From contig JAJYLD010000001.1 in NCBI GenBank assembly GCA_021788015.1, positions 209,581 to 273,580 of the forward strand: a stretch of DNA of 64,000 nucleotides, written 5' to 3'. The translations under genes and the position numbers were made by a program. The stretch comes from a bacterium. Lineage in GTDB: Bacteria > Patescibacteriota > Patescibacteriia > Patescibacteriales > JAKAJF01. A model generated the notes under the pieces. That model searched no databases. It was not told the origin of the DNA and was given only the letters and a program-made list of their open reading frames with translations. The number at the start of each line of letters is the position of its first letter. Positions within the stretch are counted from its first letter, which is position 1. Of this stretch, positions 1-10,223 are shown in pieces.

Positions 1-2
1 CT

Positions 3-854
3 CAAGAACTCGAAGAATTCGTGCGAAGTCGCGAGGTCGACGAAATCATCCAGGCCGATCCAAACCTTTCCAAATCGGAAATTTTACGTATGTACGATTT
101 TGCCGACGAACATCATATTACGTTCAAATACGCCGCCGATTTACTCGGAACAAAAGTTCTGAAAACGGAAGTCGTCGAAATTGCCGGCATACCGATAGTG
201 GAGGTGAAAAAAACGCCCTTGGACGGATGGGGGAAAATCGCAAAAAGAATTTTTGACATAGTTGTGTCCGCGGCAACCATCGCCATTTTGAGCCCGATTT
301 ATTTGCTGGCGGCCCTTTTAATCAAATTGGATTCGCAAGGTCCCGTTTTTTTTTCGAAGCGCGATGACGGCAACCCTGTTTTTCGCGTAGGGCAAAACGG
401 GAAGTTGTTCAAGTATATGAAATTCAGATCCATGGTCCCGGGTACCGACAGCATGCGCTACAATGAATTGGCCGAAAATAATTTAAGAGCGGGAACGCCG
501 ATGGTTAAAATAAAAGACGATCCGCGAATAACGCGATTCGGAAAATTTATAAGGCGTTGGAGCATAGACGAACTTCCCGAATTCTTTTTGGTTCTAAAAG
601 GAGACATGAGCTTGGTTGGTCCGCGTCCGCACCTTCCCGAGGAAGTGGCGAGATACGAAAGCAGACATAAAAAAGTCCTAACCTTGAAACCGGGCATAAC
701 CGGCATGGCTCAAGTTTCGGGACGTAGCGATTTAAATTTTGAAGACGAAGTAAAATTGGATACCTACTATATCGAAAATTGGTCTTTATTATTGGATTTG
801 ATTATTTTATTAAGAACGCCCTTGGCGGTATTAAGAGAAAGAGAAACTTATTAA
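3..854 (+). CDS. Polyprenyl-phosphate sugar-1-phosphate transferase (bacterial sugar transferase, WbaP/PglC-type catalytic domain); 5' end outside window
   Basis: The frame is open from base 3 to the stop at 852-854. A TM segment (ATIAILSPIYLLAALLI) is followed by family hallmarks KFRSM, DELPEF, VLKGDMSLVGPRP and PGITGMAQV. Confidence 0.85.
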   Translation, partial: QELEEFVRSREVDEIIQADPNLSKSEILRMYDFADEHHITFKYAADLLGTKVLKTEVVEIAGIPIVEVKKTPLDGWGKIAKRIFDIVVSAATIAILSPIYLLAALLIKLDSQGPVFFSKRDDGNPVFRVGQNGKLFKYMKFRSMVPGTDSMRYNELAENNLRAGTPMVKIKDDPRITRFGKFIRRWSIDELPEFFLVLKGDMSLVGPRPHLPEEVARYESRHKKVLTLKPGITGMAQVSGRSDLNFEDEVKLDTYYIENWSLLLDLIILLRTPLAVLRERETY

Positions 855-855
855 T

Positions 856-956
856 ACGAATCCTGTTAAGGGGTGACTCCAGCGGGATTGGATTTATTTT
901 TTAAGAATTAATCTATGCGGATCAAATTTTTTTGATTGCGATCTGCTTCTAACGGG
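856..956 (+). repeat. SCAIR element (start-codon-abutting inverted repeat), short form, copy 1
   Basis: The left arm ACGAAT-CCTGTTAAGGGG (856-873) is imperfectly complementary to the right arm TCTGCTTCTAACGGG (942-956). The right arm ends one base before ATG 957. The 3' part TTTTTGATTGCGATCTGCTTCTAACGGGATGAAA closely matches 44713-44745. Confidence 0.7.
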
Positions 957-2069
957 ATGAAAGTAGCATTGGTTCATGATCATTTGGCCCAGGACGGCGG
1001 AGCTGAAAAAGTTTTAAAAACTTTGACAGAAATTTTTCCCGACGCGCCGATTTTTACTTTGCTTTACGATAAAAAAGTCGTCGAGAATAACTATAAGGAC
1101 AAAAAAATAGAAGTTTCCATAATTCAGAAATTGCCCGGCGGAGTTAAATTTTACAAATGGTACATGCCGTTTATGCCCATGGCTGTTGAATTTTTTGACC
1201 TAAGTGAATTTGATTTGGTCATTTCGGATGCCAGCGCTTTTGCAAAAGGCGTAATTACGCCCTCAAAGACTCTGCATATATGCTATTGTCACACCCCCAC
1301 GCGATATCTATGGGACTATACTCACCAATACATTAATGAACTGCACTACAACAAATATCTTAAAAAAATAATCTCATTAATTTTGAATTATGTCCGCATG
1401 TGGGATAAATTGGCGGCCGATCGCGTCGATGTTTTTATCGCCAATTCAAAATTAGTGCAAAAAAGAATCGAAAAATATTATCGTCGCGGCTCGAAAGTGA
1501 TTTATCCGCCGGTCGAAATAAATGAATTTAAAGTTTCCGAGAAGACAGAGGATTATTTCCTTATCGGGGGACGTTTGGCTCCCTATAAACGTGTTGACCT
1601 CGCCATTGAAGCGTTTAAAAATACCGATTTGAAATTGAAGATTTACGGCGACGGCGTTGATTTAAAAAGGCTCAAAAAGATAGCCGGAGACGCTAAGAAC
1701 ATTGAATTCTTGGGCAGGATTACAGACCCGGAAAAAGCGGAGCTCTATACAAAATGTTTGGCGTTCTTAAATCCCCAGGAAGAAGATTTCGGCATCACTA
1801 TCGTCGAATCCATGGCCTCGGGAAGGCCGGTAATCGCTTTCGCGAAAGGCGGCGCTTTGGAAACGGTTATCCCGGGAGTGACGGGAGAATTTTTTTACAA
1901 GCAAACCCCGGAAGCACTTTATGAAGTGATAAAAAAATTTGATTCTTCGCATTATGATTCAAAAAGAATTCGCGAGCATGCGGAAAATTTTTCATCCGAA
2001 AGATTTAAAAACGAAATAAAAGAGTTTATTGAAACGGAATATAATAGATTTAACGCATTGGCGCCTTAA
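957..2069 (+). CDS. Glycosyltransferase family 4 (GT-B, retaining)
   Basis: Starts MKVALVHDHLAQDGGAEKV, and the C-terminal half has the EEDFGITIVESMASGRPVIA motif typical of GT4. The ATG at 957 is preferred to the alternative-codon start at 936, which lies inside the repeat. Confidence 0.85.
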   Translation: MKVALVHDHLAQDGGAEKVLKTLTEIFPDAPIFTLLYDKKVVENNYKDKKIEVSIIQKLPGGVKFYKWYMPFMPMAVEFFDLSEFDLVISDASAFAKGVITPSKTLHICYCHTPTRYLWDYTHQYINELHYNKYLKKIISLILNYVRMWDKLAADRVDVFIANSKLVQKRIEKYYRRGSKVIYPPVEINEFKVSEKTEDYFLIGGRLAPYKRVDLAIEAFKNTDLKLKIYGDGVDLKRLKKIAGDAKNIEFLGRITDPEKAELYTKCLAFLNPQEEDFGITIVESMASGRPVIAFAKGGALETVIPGVTGEFFYKQTPEALYEVIKKFDSSHYDSKRIREHAENFSSERFKNEIKEFIETEYNRFNALAP

Positions 2070-2091
2070 ATACGAAATCATTTTTCACAGA

Positions 2092-3471
2092 ATGAAAAAA
2101 AATCGCATCATATTATGGTTGGGTTTGATTTTAACCATTTTTTTTATTTTAGGGATGGCGATTGTTCCGTATGGAAAAATAAGTTACGCGTATACTCCCG
2201 GCAACCCCAATTTTTTTATCGGCAAATTGACTCCGGAAGAAAGAGTCGCTTCGGCGCAAAACGGTGAAGAAAAGATTACCGGCAACCCGGTTTATTTTTC
2301 CTTGCGCACCCCTAGAAAATTCGACGATGCGAAAATTACTTTGGTTTACAAAAGCGATTCGCCGGTAATCGAGCTTGGCGTTTTAAAGGACAAGGCGGTT
2401 TGGCGTTACGATTTGAAACCGGTCGAAAACAAATATTTGGACAATCTCAATACTTGGACGAAACTTGAAAAAAATGGAACGGAATTGTTCGAAAAGAACG
2501 GAAAATTCAAAAGCATAGAAGATTTCTTAAACAATCTTCCGCCGCGATCGGAAATCGCTTTATACAATTATGTTTTGCCGAATGAAAATTTTCGCATTTC
2601 GAATTATAAAGCGCAATCAAATTTTAGCTTGATCAATCCGGAGCCGATTCGCGGGCCTTATCAATTTTATACTTACATCAAAAACGAAACTCTTGATTTT
2701 AAATTTAATTTTTCCGATGAAAATAAAAATTTGGGAGCCGATCCGGTCGAAATCGATGTTTACAAGGGAAATAAAATTATAAAATTGGAAACTTTGGCCG
2801 ACAAGACGGCGAATGATGACGGTGAAATAAAAAATTTTGATTCGGAAATAAAAATTCCCGATTTGACGGAAGGCGTCTATAAAATCGAAATCAAAGCGGG
2901 GAACGATATTGTAACGAATAAAATCGTGTCGTCCCAGACAAAAATCGCTTTCGTGAATAAAATTTGGATTGGCGAGGCGGAGAATGTTAATTTAGTAACC
3001 GATTCGGAAGCGATCTACGCGCAGACAAGCGAGCCAGCCGATTTGCAGGACATAAAAATAGATCAGGGGTTGATAAATTTGAATAAGACCTATCAGCAAT
3101 TTAAATTTAGCGATGGCAACATTTTAAAATTAATAAATTTGAAAAGGGGAGAGGTAATTTTGTCCGGGGACGGCGTATTTTCTTTTAATCAAACCATGTT
3201 TTTCGAACCAGATTTTAAAACTATCGATGCCGATACGAACATAAAAAATGACGGAATAAATTATATTTTGGCCGATTACAATTCACCCGATGAAGAAAAT
3301 GGATGGAAAATTTCCCAAGCCGAATTTGATATTAAAGACGCTTATCGTGAAAATCAAAAATACAGCTTTTTGATTTCCATTCCCGAAAATGACGGGTTTG
3401 TCTTAAAAGGAATTCGAGTCGATCTGTCGGGGAAAACTTTATTTGATTATTTGAAAAACAAATTAAAATGA
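2092..3471 (+). CDS. Hypothetical membrane-anchored extracytoplasmic protein
   Basis: Long ORF. The ATG at 2092 gives MKKNRIILWLGLILTIFFILGMAIV (one N-terminal TM) followed by about 430 aa of hydrophilic sequence. No family recognised. Confidence 0.6.
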   Translation: MKKNRIILWLGLILTIFFILGMAIVPYGKISYAYTPGNPNFFIGKLTPEERVASAQNGEEKITGNPVYFSLRTPRKFDDAKITLVYKSDSPVIELGVLKDKAVWRYDLKPVENKYLDNLNTWTKLEKNGTELFEKNGKFKSIEDFLNNLPPRSEIALYNYVLPNENFRISNYKAQSNFSLINPEPIRGPYQFYTYIKNETLDFKFNFSDENKNLGADPVEIDVYKGNKIIKLETLADKTANDDGEIKNFDSEIKIPDLTEGVYKIEIKAGNDIVTNKIVSSQTKIAFVNKIWIGEAENVNLVTDSEAIYAQTSEPADLQDIKIDQGLINLNKTYQQFKFSDGNILKLINLKRGEVILSGDGVFSFNQTMFFEPDFKTIDADTNIKNDGINYILADYNSPDEENGWKISQAEFDIKDAYRENQKYSFLISIPENDGFVLKGIRVDLSGKTLFDYLKNKLK

Positions 3472-3647
3472 ATAGAAAAATTATTTTAATTACACGCGAA
3501 TTGTTTTACGTTTTTACCGCGGCTTTGGTTATTTTCGCCGCCATGGAAACGGTTTGGCCCGGCGTAGTTTTGGCTTATATAAACATAAATTGGGTATTGA
3601 TTTTATGGCTCTTTTTTGGTATTATAGTATTAATTAATCAGATTTAA
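3468..3647 (+). CDS. Small hydrophobic protein (59 aa, two predicted TM segments), absent from the supplied ORF track
   Basis: ATG 3468-3470 overlaps the TGA stop 3469-3471 of the preceding gene (ATGA coupling). Translation: MNRKIILITRELFYVFTAALVIFAAMETVWPGVVLAYININWVLILWLFFGIIVLINQI. Confidence 0.5.
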   Translation: MNRKIILITRELFYVFTAALVIFAAMETVWPGVVLAYININWVLILWLFFGIIVLINQI

Positions 3648-3656
3648 TTAAATAAA

Positions 3657-4109
3657 ATGATTAAAGATATAATCATAAAAAAACTGGAAAAATTTGAGGA
3701 TGATCGAGGCTGGCTCGCGGAAATTTACCGTGACGACGAACTTAATTATCAGCCTGTCATGGGATATGTAAGCGTAACCAAACCGGGAATAATTCGCGGA
3801 CCGCACGAGCACGTTGAGCAATCCGATTGTTTTGTTTTTTTGGGACCGGGCAGTTTTGAATTGCACCTTTGGGATCGAAGAGAAGCCAGCGAAACCAACG
3901 GCGAGTATTTAAAGATGAAAGTCGGGGAAAATAATCCGACAATGGTTATCGTCCCGCCCGGAGTCGTGCACGGATACAAATGCATCGGCGAAAAAGACGC
4001 TTATAGCATAAATCTGCCTAATAAACTTTATAAAGGCAAAAACAAAGCCGATGATGTCGACGAAATCAGATGGGAAAAAGATTCGGAATCGCCGTATAAA
4101 ATCGCATAA
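3657..4109 (+). CDS. rfbC: dTDP-4-dehydrorhamnose 3,5-epimerase-like cupin (RmlC family, short form)
   Basis: FEDDRGWLAEIY near the N-terminus, a HEH motif, PPGVVHGY, and position inside the rml operon. Confidence 0.75.
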   Translation: MIKDIIIKKLEKFEDDRGWLAEIYRDDELNYQPVMGYVSVTKPGIIRGPHEHVEQSDCFVFLGPGSFELHLWDRREASETNGEYLKMKVGENNPTMVIVPPGVVHGYKCIGEKDAYSINLPNKLYKGKNKADDVDEIRWEKDSESPYKIA

Positions 4110-4141
4110 CTCATATCGCGTATCGCGTAACGCACAAAAAT

Positions 4142-4555
4142 ATGGATTGTATTTTTTGTAAAATCGTAAATAAAGAAATCAGAAGTTACATGATTTATGA
4201 AGACGAGTTTACCGTCGCTTTTCTGGATATAAATCCGGTAAGTCATGGCCATACTCTTGTTGTCCCCAAAAAACATTTTATGAATATGGAAGAAATTCCG
4301 AGTGATGAACTGTGCCACGTCATAGAAGCCGTGAAAAAAGTGGGCGGAGCCTTGAAAAAGACTTTTGACTTTGACAGTTATAATATTCAAGTCAATAACG
4401 GAGCAACCGCCGGTCAGGTTATTGAGCATCTTCATTTTCATGTAATTCCCAGGCATATTGGCGATGGGCTCGAGTTATGGCCGCAGGGTAAATATGAGGA
4501 AGGAATCCCCGAGGAACTCACCAATATTTTAAGAAAAGAGTTGGGGCAAGAATAA
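4142..4555 (+). CDS. HIT family (histidine triad) nucleotide hydrolase/transferase
   Basis: N-terminal CIFCKI and the histidine triad HLHFHVIPR. Confidence 0.85.
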   Translation: MDCIFCKIVNKEIRSYMIYEDEFTVAFLDINPVSHGHTLVVPKKHFMNMEEIPSDELCHVIEAVKKVGGALKKTFDFDSYNIQVNNGATAGQVIEHLHFHVIPRHIGDGLELWPQGKYEEGIPEELTNILRKELGQE

Positions 4556-4557
4556 AT

Positions 4558-5568
4558 ATGAAAATTTTAATCACAGGCGGAGCCGGATTCATGGGCTCTA
4601 ATTTTATAAAACACATTTTAAACAAGTATCCTGATTATCAAATTATAAATCTGGATAAATTGACTTACGCCGGAAATTTGGAAAATTTGAAAGAAGTTGA
4701 AAATGATTCCCGCTACACTTTTGTCAAAGGAGATATCGCCGATGAAAATGATGTCGACAAAGCCATCGGCGAGGGCGTGGATGTAATCATAAACTATGCC
4801 GCGGAAACTCATGTCGATCGTTCCATTTTGGACCCCAAAGCTTTTTTAGAAACGGATATCCTGGGAACTTTTAATTTGCTCGAGGCGGTTCGCGCGGGAA
4901 AGGCAAAAAAAATGATTCAAATATCGACCGATGAAGTCTTCGGCATGGTCCATGAAATGGGAGAGGAATTTACCGAAGAATCGCGGTTTGATCCGTCAAG
5001 CCCGTACAGCGCTTCAAAAGCCGGCGGCGACCATATGTGCGGAGCGTATTTTAAAACTTACGACACCCCGATTATCGTTACGCACAGTTGCAACTTTTTT
5101 GGCCCTAACCAATATCCGGAAAAGTTAATCTCATTGGCGATTACAAATTTACTGGAAGACAAAAAAGTTCCGGTTTACGGAGAGGGGAATCAATTTCGAG
5201 AATGGATTTTTACGGAAGATCACTGCAATGCGATTGATACTATTTTGCACAAAGGAGAAATGGGCGAGGTATATAATATCGGAACAAGACAGAGAAGGAA
5301 GAATATTGATGTAATAAAAACATTACTTAAATTCATGGGTAAAGATGAAAATAATATTGAAAAAGTAAAAGACAGGCCCGGCCATGATTTTGGTTACGCG
5401 ATTAATCCCGATAAATTAATGGGCGAGTTGGGCTGGAAGCCTGCCGTTTCTTTTGAAGAGGGTTTGCAAAAAACAATAGACTGGTACAAGGAAAATCAAG
5501 ATTGGTGGAAAAAAATTAAAAGCGGCGAATATAAGGAGTATTACGCGAAGCAATATAAAAATGTATGA
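4558..5568 (+). CDS. rfbB: dTDP-glucose 4,6-dehydratase
   Basis: MKILITGGAGFMGSNF Rossmann motif, a YSASK catalytic motif, extended SDR length and operon context. Confidence 0.9.
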   Translation: MKILITGGAGFMGSNFIKHILNKYPDYQIINLDKLTYAGNLENLKEVENDSRYTFVKGDIADENDVDKAIGEGVDVIINYAAETHVDRSILDPKAFLETDILGTFNLLEAVRAGKAKKMIQISTDEVFGMVHEMGEEFTEESRFDPSSPYSASKAGGDHMCGAYFKTYDTPIIVTHSCNFFGPNQYPEKLISLAITNLLEDKKVPVYGEGNQFREWIFTEDHCNAIDTILHKGEMGEVYNIGTRQRRKNIDVIKTLLKFMGKDENNIEKVKDRPGHDFGYAINPDKLMGELGWKPAVSFEEGLQKTIDWYKENQDWWKKIKSGEYKEYYAKQYKNV

Positions 5569-6437
5569 AAATTCTAATTTTAGGAGCGCGCGGCAATTTA
5601 GGCGGGCAGCTTGTCAAAGTTTTTGAAAAAGACAGCGAGGTGATCGCTTGGGACCGAAGCGAAGTCGATATCACCGATAAAGATTTAATCACAAAAAAAA
5701 TTTTGGAAATAAAACCGGACGCAATAATCAATGCCGCCGCCTATAACGCCGTCGATAAATGTGAAGAAAGTGAGGAAGAATTTGAAAAAGCGAAAAAAAT
5801 AAACGGACAAGCCGCCGGATATTTGGCAGACGCGGCGATAAGCGTGGGCGCAATTTTAATACGCTACTCGAGCGATTATGTTTTCGACGGTGAAAATAAA
5901 AACGGCTACAAGGAAGACGACGTCCCCGATAATCCCGTCGATAAATACGGCGAATCACAGCTTGCTGGCGAAAAAGAAATAATTTCAAGAAGCGGCAAAG
6001 GTTTAAAATGGTATTTGATAAGAACATCAAAACTATTCGGGCCAAAAGGGGAAAGCGAGGCAGCGAAACCGAGTTTTTTCGATATAATACTCAAATTAAG
6101 CAAAGAAAAAAGTGAACTTAACGTGGTTAATGAGGAAGTAAGTTGTTTTGCCTATACACCGGATTTGGCAAAAGCGACAAAAGAAATTTTGGCAAGCGGG
6201 AAGGGATACGGAATTTATCATATCGTAAACGGTTCGCCTTGCACCTGGTACGAAGCGGCTTTGGAATTATTCAAACTTGCGAACACAAATGTAAAAGTGA
6301 ACGCCGTTTCAAGCGAACAATTTCCCAGGCTGGCGAAAAGACCGAAATTCTCCGTGCTTTTGAACACGAAATTGGAGCCGATGCGCAGCTACAAAGAAGC
6401 GTTAAAAGAATATTTAAATTTGAATCAGGAATTATGA
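5565..6437 (+). CDS. rfbD: dTDP-4-dehydrorhamnose reductase
   Basis: MKILILGARGNLG, a YGESQLAGE catalytic region, a 4-nt overlap with rfbB, and typical length. Confidence 0.85.
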   Translation: MKILILGARGNLGGQLVKVFEKDSEVIAWDRSEVDITDKDLITKKILEIKPDAIINAAAYNAVDKCEESEEEFEKAKKINGQAAGYLADAAISVGAILIRYSSDYVFDGENKNGYKEDDVPDNPVDKYGESQLAGEKEIISRSGKGLKWYLIRTSKLFGPKGESEAAKPSFFDIILKLSKEKSELNVVNEEVSCFAYTPDLAKATKEILASGKGYGIYHIVNGSPCTWYEAALELFKLANTNVKVNAVSSEQFPRLAKRPKFSVLLNTKLEPMRSYKEALKEYLNLNQEL

Positions 6438-6489
6438 ATTAAGAATCATGGTATTTTGCCATAATTCATAATTCATAATTCATAATTCC
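6428..6489. repeat. AT-rich word hairpin containing (CATAATT)x4
   Basis: GGAATTATGAATTA (6428-6441, spanning the rfbD stop) is the exact reverse complement of TAATTCATAATTCC (6476-6489). Four tandem CATAATT units occupy 6460-6487. Confidence 0.8.
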
Positions 6490-6491
6490 CT

Positions 6492-7217
6492 ATGCGTGGC
6501 ATAATATTATCAGGAGGCCTGGCGACAAGATTGCGTCCATGCACAAAAATAACAAGCAAACAATTACTTCCGGTTTATAACCGGCCCATGATTTATTATC
6601 CTTTAAACACGCTTATCAAGGCGGGGATCAAGGAAATTTTGATCATCGTCGCGCCGGAGAGAGCCGGCGATTATTTGAATTTGCTCGGAAGCGGAAAGGA
6701 ATTTGGAGTGAAATTCACTTATGAAATCCAGGATAAGCCGACCGGAATCGCTGAAGCTTTTTTGATTGGCGAAAATTTTATCGATCAAGACGATGTGACC
6801 TTAATTTTAGGCGATAACATTTTCGAAGACGATTTAAGCGAAGAAATTAAGAATTTTAAAGCGGGCGCGAAAGTTTTTGCGAAAAAAGTTCATGATCCGG
6901 AGAGATTCGGGGTGGTTAAATTCAACGGAAACATGAGAGCGGAAAAAATCATCGAAAAGCCGAAAGAGTGGATAAGCGATTACGCGGTAACCGGTCTTTA
7001 TATTTACGACAATAAAGTCGTGGAGATTTCCAAAAATCTGAAGCCCAGCGACCGCGGAGAATTGGAAATCACGGATGTCAATAAGGTTTATTTGGAAAAA
7101 GGAGAATTGGAAGTGGCGGTTGTCGAAAACGAATGGATTGATGCCGGAACTTTCGACAGTCTGCTTCGCGCCCAGATTTTGGCCAAAGAAAAATTGCAAG
7201 ATAAATTGTTAATTTAA
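6492..7217 (+). CDS. rfbA: Glucose-1-phosphate thymidylyltransferase (short form)
   Basis: MRGIILSGGLATRLRPCTKITSKQLLPVYNRPMIYYPL nucleotidyltransferase signature in rml operon context. Confidence 0.85.
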   Translation: MRGIILSGGLATRLRPCTKITSKQLLPVYNRPMIYYPLNTLIKAGIKEILIIVAPERAGDYLNLLGSGKEFGVKFTYEIQDKPTGIAEAFLIGENFIDQDDVTLILGDNIFEDDLSEEIKNFKAGAKVFAKKVHDPERFGVVKFNGNMRAEKIIEKPKEWISDYAVTGLYIYDNKVVEISKNLKPSDRGELEITDVNKVYLEKGELEVAVVENEWIDAGTFDSLLRAQILAKEKLQDKLLI

Positions 7218-8249
7218 ATGAGCGAAAATAAAAAAAAATTGGCAATCGGTTTTATTACTTATGGCAAATCCACTTCGAAATATTTGCCATATTTTTTGTC
7301 TAGTCTGAAAAAACAAAGTTTTACGGATTTTGAAATTTTGGCCGTTGATAATTCGGAAGAACGAGAAAATGAAAATTCAGGGTTTATTAAAGAAAATTAT
7401 CCCGAAATCAAATTGGAATGGACGGGAAAAAATATCGGATTCGGAAGAGCCTTTAATTTGATGATTAATAAATCCATGGGCAATGGCGCTGAATTTTTTC
7501 TGGCTCTTAATCCCGATATGCTTCTTGAGCCTGACGCCGTCGAAGAAATGATAAAAAAAATCAATGAAAACAAAAAAACCGGAGCCGTTCAAGCTAAAAT
7601 TTTAAAATGGGATTTCCCCGATAAAGAAACAAATATAATCGACAGTTACGGAATACTTTGCGATAGGTATTTTAGATTTAGAGATAACGGGCAGGGCGAA
7701 AGAGACAGAGACAATTTTTTAAAAGGACGGGACGAGATATTCGGGTTTACCGGAGCGGCCGTCCTATTAACAAAAGATTGTCTTCTTGATGTCGCTTTCG
7801 ATAATGGTCATACTAAGGAATATTTTGACGAATTGATGTTCATGTATAAAGAAGATTGCGATTTATCTTTGCGATTGCGCCTGCAAGGATGGAAGATTAG
7901 TCTGTCTGAAAAAGCGGTCATTTATCACGACCGCACGGCCAGTCGCATGGGTGACAGTATGTGGGCCATTATTCAAAACAGAAAAGGGAAAAAACGGAAT
8001 ATTAAAAAATGGTCTTTTTTGAATCAATGGATCATTGTTTTAAAATTCACCGGACTTCCTTTTTCTTCAACGGTAAAATTTTCGGTTTATTGGTACCAGT
8101 TTAAAATTTTGCTTTTTAGTATATTATTTGAGCAATATCTCCTTTTTGAATTTTTGAAACTTTGGAAAATTGGAGACAAAATAAAAGAAAGAAAAAAACA
8201 AATCAGACTAAGAGTCAGTCCTAAGGAGATTGAAAATCTAATGAGCTAA
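7218..8249 (+). CDS. Glycosyltransferase family 2 (rhamnosyltransferase-like), paralog 1 of 4
   Basis: GT-A motifs AVDNS, NIGFGRAFN, LNPDM and YKEDCDLSLRL, plus a hydrophobic C-terminal tail. Confidence 0.8.
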   Translation: MSENKKKLAIGFITYGKSTSKYLPYFLSSLKKQSFTDFEILAVDNSEERENENSGFIKENYPEIKLEWTGKNIGFGRAFNLMINKSMGNGAEFFLALNPDMLLEPDAVEEMIKKINENKKTGAVQAKILKWDFPDKETNIIDSYGILCDRYFRFRDNGQGERDRDNFLKGRDEIFGFTGAAVLLTKDCLLDVAFDNGHTKEYFDELMFMYKEDCDLSLRLRLQGWKISLSEKAVIYHDRTASRMGDSMWAIIQNRKGKKRNIKKWSFLNQWIIVLKFTGLPFSSTVKFSVYWYQFKILLFSILFEQYLLFEFLKLWKIGDKIKERKKQIRLRVSPKEIENLMS

Positions 8250-8253
8250 ATTT

Positions 8254-9132
8254 ATGGATTTATCGATTATTATCGTTTCTTGGAATGTAGAAAATTTGCT
8301 TCGAAAAAATTTAAAAGCGATTTTTAAAAATTCATCGAACATAAGTTTCGAAATATTTGTTGTTGACAACGCTTCGAAAGACGGAACGGCGGAAATGATT
8401 AAAACCGAATTTCCGCAAGTGAAACTTATAGTGAATGAAAGAAATTTCGGTTTTGCCAAAGCGAATAACGAAGCTATTAGATACGCAAGCGGGCGGTATG
8501 TTCTCCTTTTGAACCCGGACATGCGAGTTTTACCGGATACGCTTGAAAATATGGTATCATGGATGGATAATCATCAAGAAGCGGGAATCGCCGGCTGCCG
8601 TTTAATCAAAGAAAACGGAAAAACAATTCCGCATGTCCGAAAATTTCCGACTCTTTTCGACCAACTCGCGGTTGTTTTAAAATTGCCATATATATTTCCG
8701 ACAATTTTAAACAAATATTTGATGAACGATTTTGATTATTTGAAAGAGGCCGAAGTTGACTCGATCCGCGGCTCCTTTTTTACGATTCGAAACGAAGTAA
8801 TAGAAAAAATCGGGGAACTCGATGAAAGATTTTTTATCTGGTTTGAGGAAGTCGATTATTGCAAACGGGCCCGCGCGGCCGGCTTTAAAATTTTTTATAC
8901 GCCAGCGGCCAAATGCGTCGATTATGTCGGCAAAAGTTTTTCTCAAGTGCCGCGAGGGAAAACACAAAAATATTTTCGCGACAGCATGTTAAAATATTTT
9001 AAAAAATGGCATTCGGGACTGTCGTATTGGATTTTAAAAATAGCCTGGCCGTTTGGAATTTTACTGGCGATGATTTTCGGAGGATTAAAAAATGATAAGA
9101 CGGATTTAAAATTAGTCAAAAAATATGGATAA
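8254..9132 (+). CDS. Glycosyltransferase family 2, paralog 2 of 4
   Basis: Motifs SIIIVSWN, VVDNASKDGT, NFGFAKANN, LLNPDM and FEEVDYCKRA. Confidence 0.8.
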   Translation: MDLSIIIVSWNVENLLRKNLKAIFKNSSNISFEIFVVDNASKDGTAEMIKTEFPQVKLIVNERNFGFAKANNEAIRYASGRYVLLLNPDMRVLPDTLENMVSWMDNHQEAGIAGCRLIKENGKTIPHVRKFPTLFDQLAVVLKLPYIFPTILNKYLMNDFDYLKEAEVDSIRGSFFTIRNEVIEKIGELDERFFIWFEEVDYCKRARAAGFKIFYTPAAKCVDYVGKSFSQVPRGKTQKYFRDSMLKYFKKWHSGLSYWILKIAWPFGILLAMIFGGLKNDKTDLKLVKKYG

Positions 9133-10183
9133 AAAAATTGCGATTATTCTGGTTAATTATAAAGATTACGCGAAAAAATTTTTGGCCGAATGCCGAGACG
9201 GTTTGCGAAAACAGAATTATCCGAAAGAATTATTCATGGTTTACATTGTCGACAATGATTCGTCGGAAGAATCAAAAAATTTTTTAAATGAAAATTACCC
9301 GGAAGCGAAAATTATCCCCAGGGTCGACGGGAATTACGCAGCCGCGAATAATGCCGGAATAAAAAAAGGCATAGAAGACGGTTGCGAATTTTTTGTAATC
9401 GCCAATATGGACACGAAATTCGAGGAAAATTGGCTTTTAGAGCTGATGAACGCCGTTGAAAGCGAAAAAGAAATTGGCATTGCCCAGTCAAAAATCCTTC
9501 TTTATTCGAAATCGGGTGAAAAGAAAATAAACACATTGGGGAATTTAATTGACTTTTTAGGGTTCGGGTTTACAAGCGCTTATAACGAAAACGACCGAGA
9601 GATTAACGGTCTTCCCGAAATTACCTATGCGAGCGGCTGTTCGTTCATTGTAAAAAAAGAAGTTTTGGAAAAAATAGGCTTGTACAATGAAGAATATTAT
9701 ATGTACCATGACGATATGGAGATCGGTTGGCGGGCGAAGTTGGCGGGATATAAAATAGTTTTGGCGCCAAAATCGGTCGTTTATCACAAATACGAATTTT
9801 CGCGAAGCGTAAAAATGATTTATTTCATGGAACGAAACAGATACATGGCCATTTTTTCGTTTTATAGAATTCCGACCTTGATTTTAATTTTTCCGGCCCT
9901 CTTATTTATGGATTTGGGCATACTTTTTTATTCATTTCTAAACGGATGGTATCGGGAAAAAATTAAAGTTTATTTATATTTTTTAAATTTGGAAAGTTGG
10001 AAAAAAATTATCGAAACAAGAAAAAACGTCCATAGATACAGAAAAATCAACGATAAGAGCATTGTAAAAAATTTTTTGGGGAAAATCGGCTTTCAAGAAA
10101 TTTCCAATCCTGTTCTCGATTATTTTGCCAACCCGATTTTTAATCTGTATTGGAAAATAGCAAAAAGGATTATTTCTTGGTAA
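9125..10183 (+). CDS. Glycosyltransferase family 2, paralog 3 of 4
   Basis: Motifs AIILVNYKDY, IVDNDSSEES, AAANNAGI and YHDDMEIGWRAKL. It overlaps the previous gene by 8 nt. Confidence 0.8.
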   Translation: MDKKIAIILVNYKDYAKKFLAECRDGLRKQNYPKELFMVYIVDNDSSEESKNFLNENYPEAKIIPRVDGNYAAANNAGIKKGIEDGCEFFVIANMDTKFEENWLLELMNAVESEKEIGIAQSKILLYSKSGEKKINTLGNLIDFLGFGFTSAYNENDREINGLPEITYASGCSFIVKKEVLEKIGLYNEEYYMYHDDMEIGWRAKLAGYKIVLAPKSVVYHKYEFSRSVKMIYFMERNRYMAIFSFYRIPTLILIFPALLFMDLGILFYSFLNGWYREKIKVYLYFLNLESWKKIIETRKNVHRYRKINDKSIVKNFLGKIGFQEISNPVLDYFANPIFNLYWKIAKRIISW

Positions 10184-10223
10184 AATAGATGCAGCGGATG
10201 CATCACATACCGCAATTTATTGT

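Noticed and set aside
3469-3471. Possible UGA recoding (genetic code 25, as in some candidate-phyla bacteria)
   Set aside because: TGA terminates several well-defined genes at the expected lengths, including ATGA overlaps at 3468-3471 and 44595-44598. No conserved protein here requires read-through of TGA.
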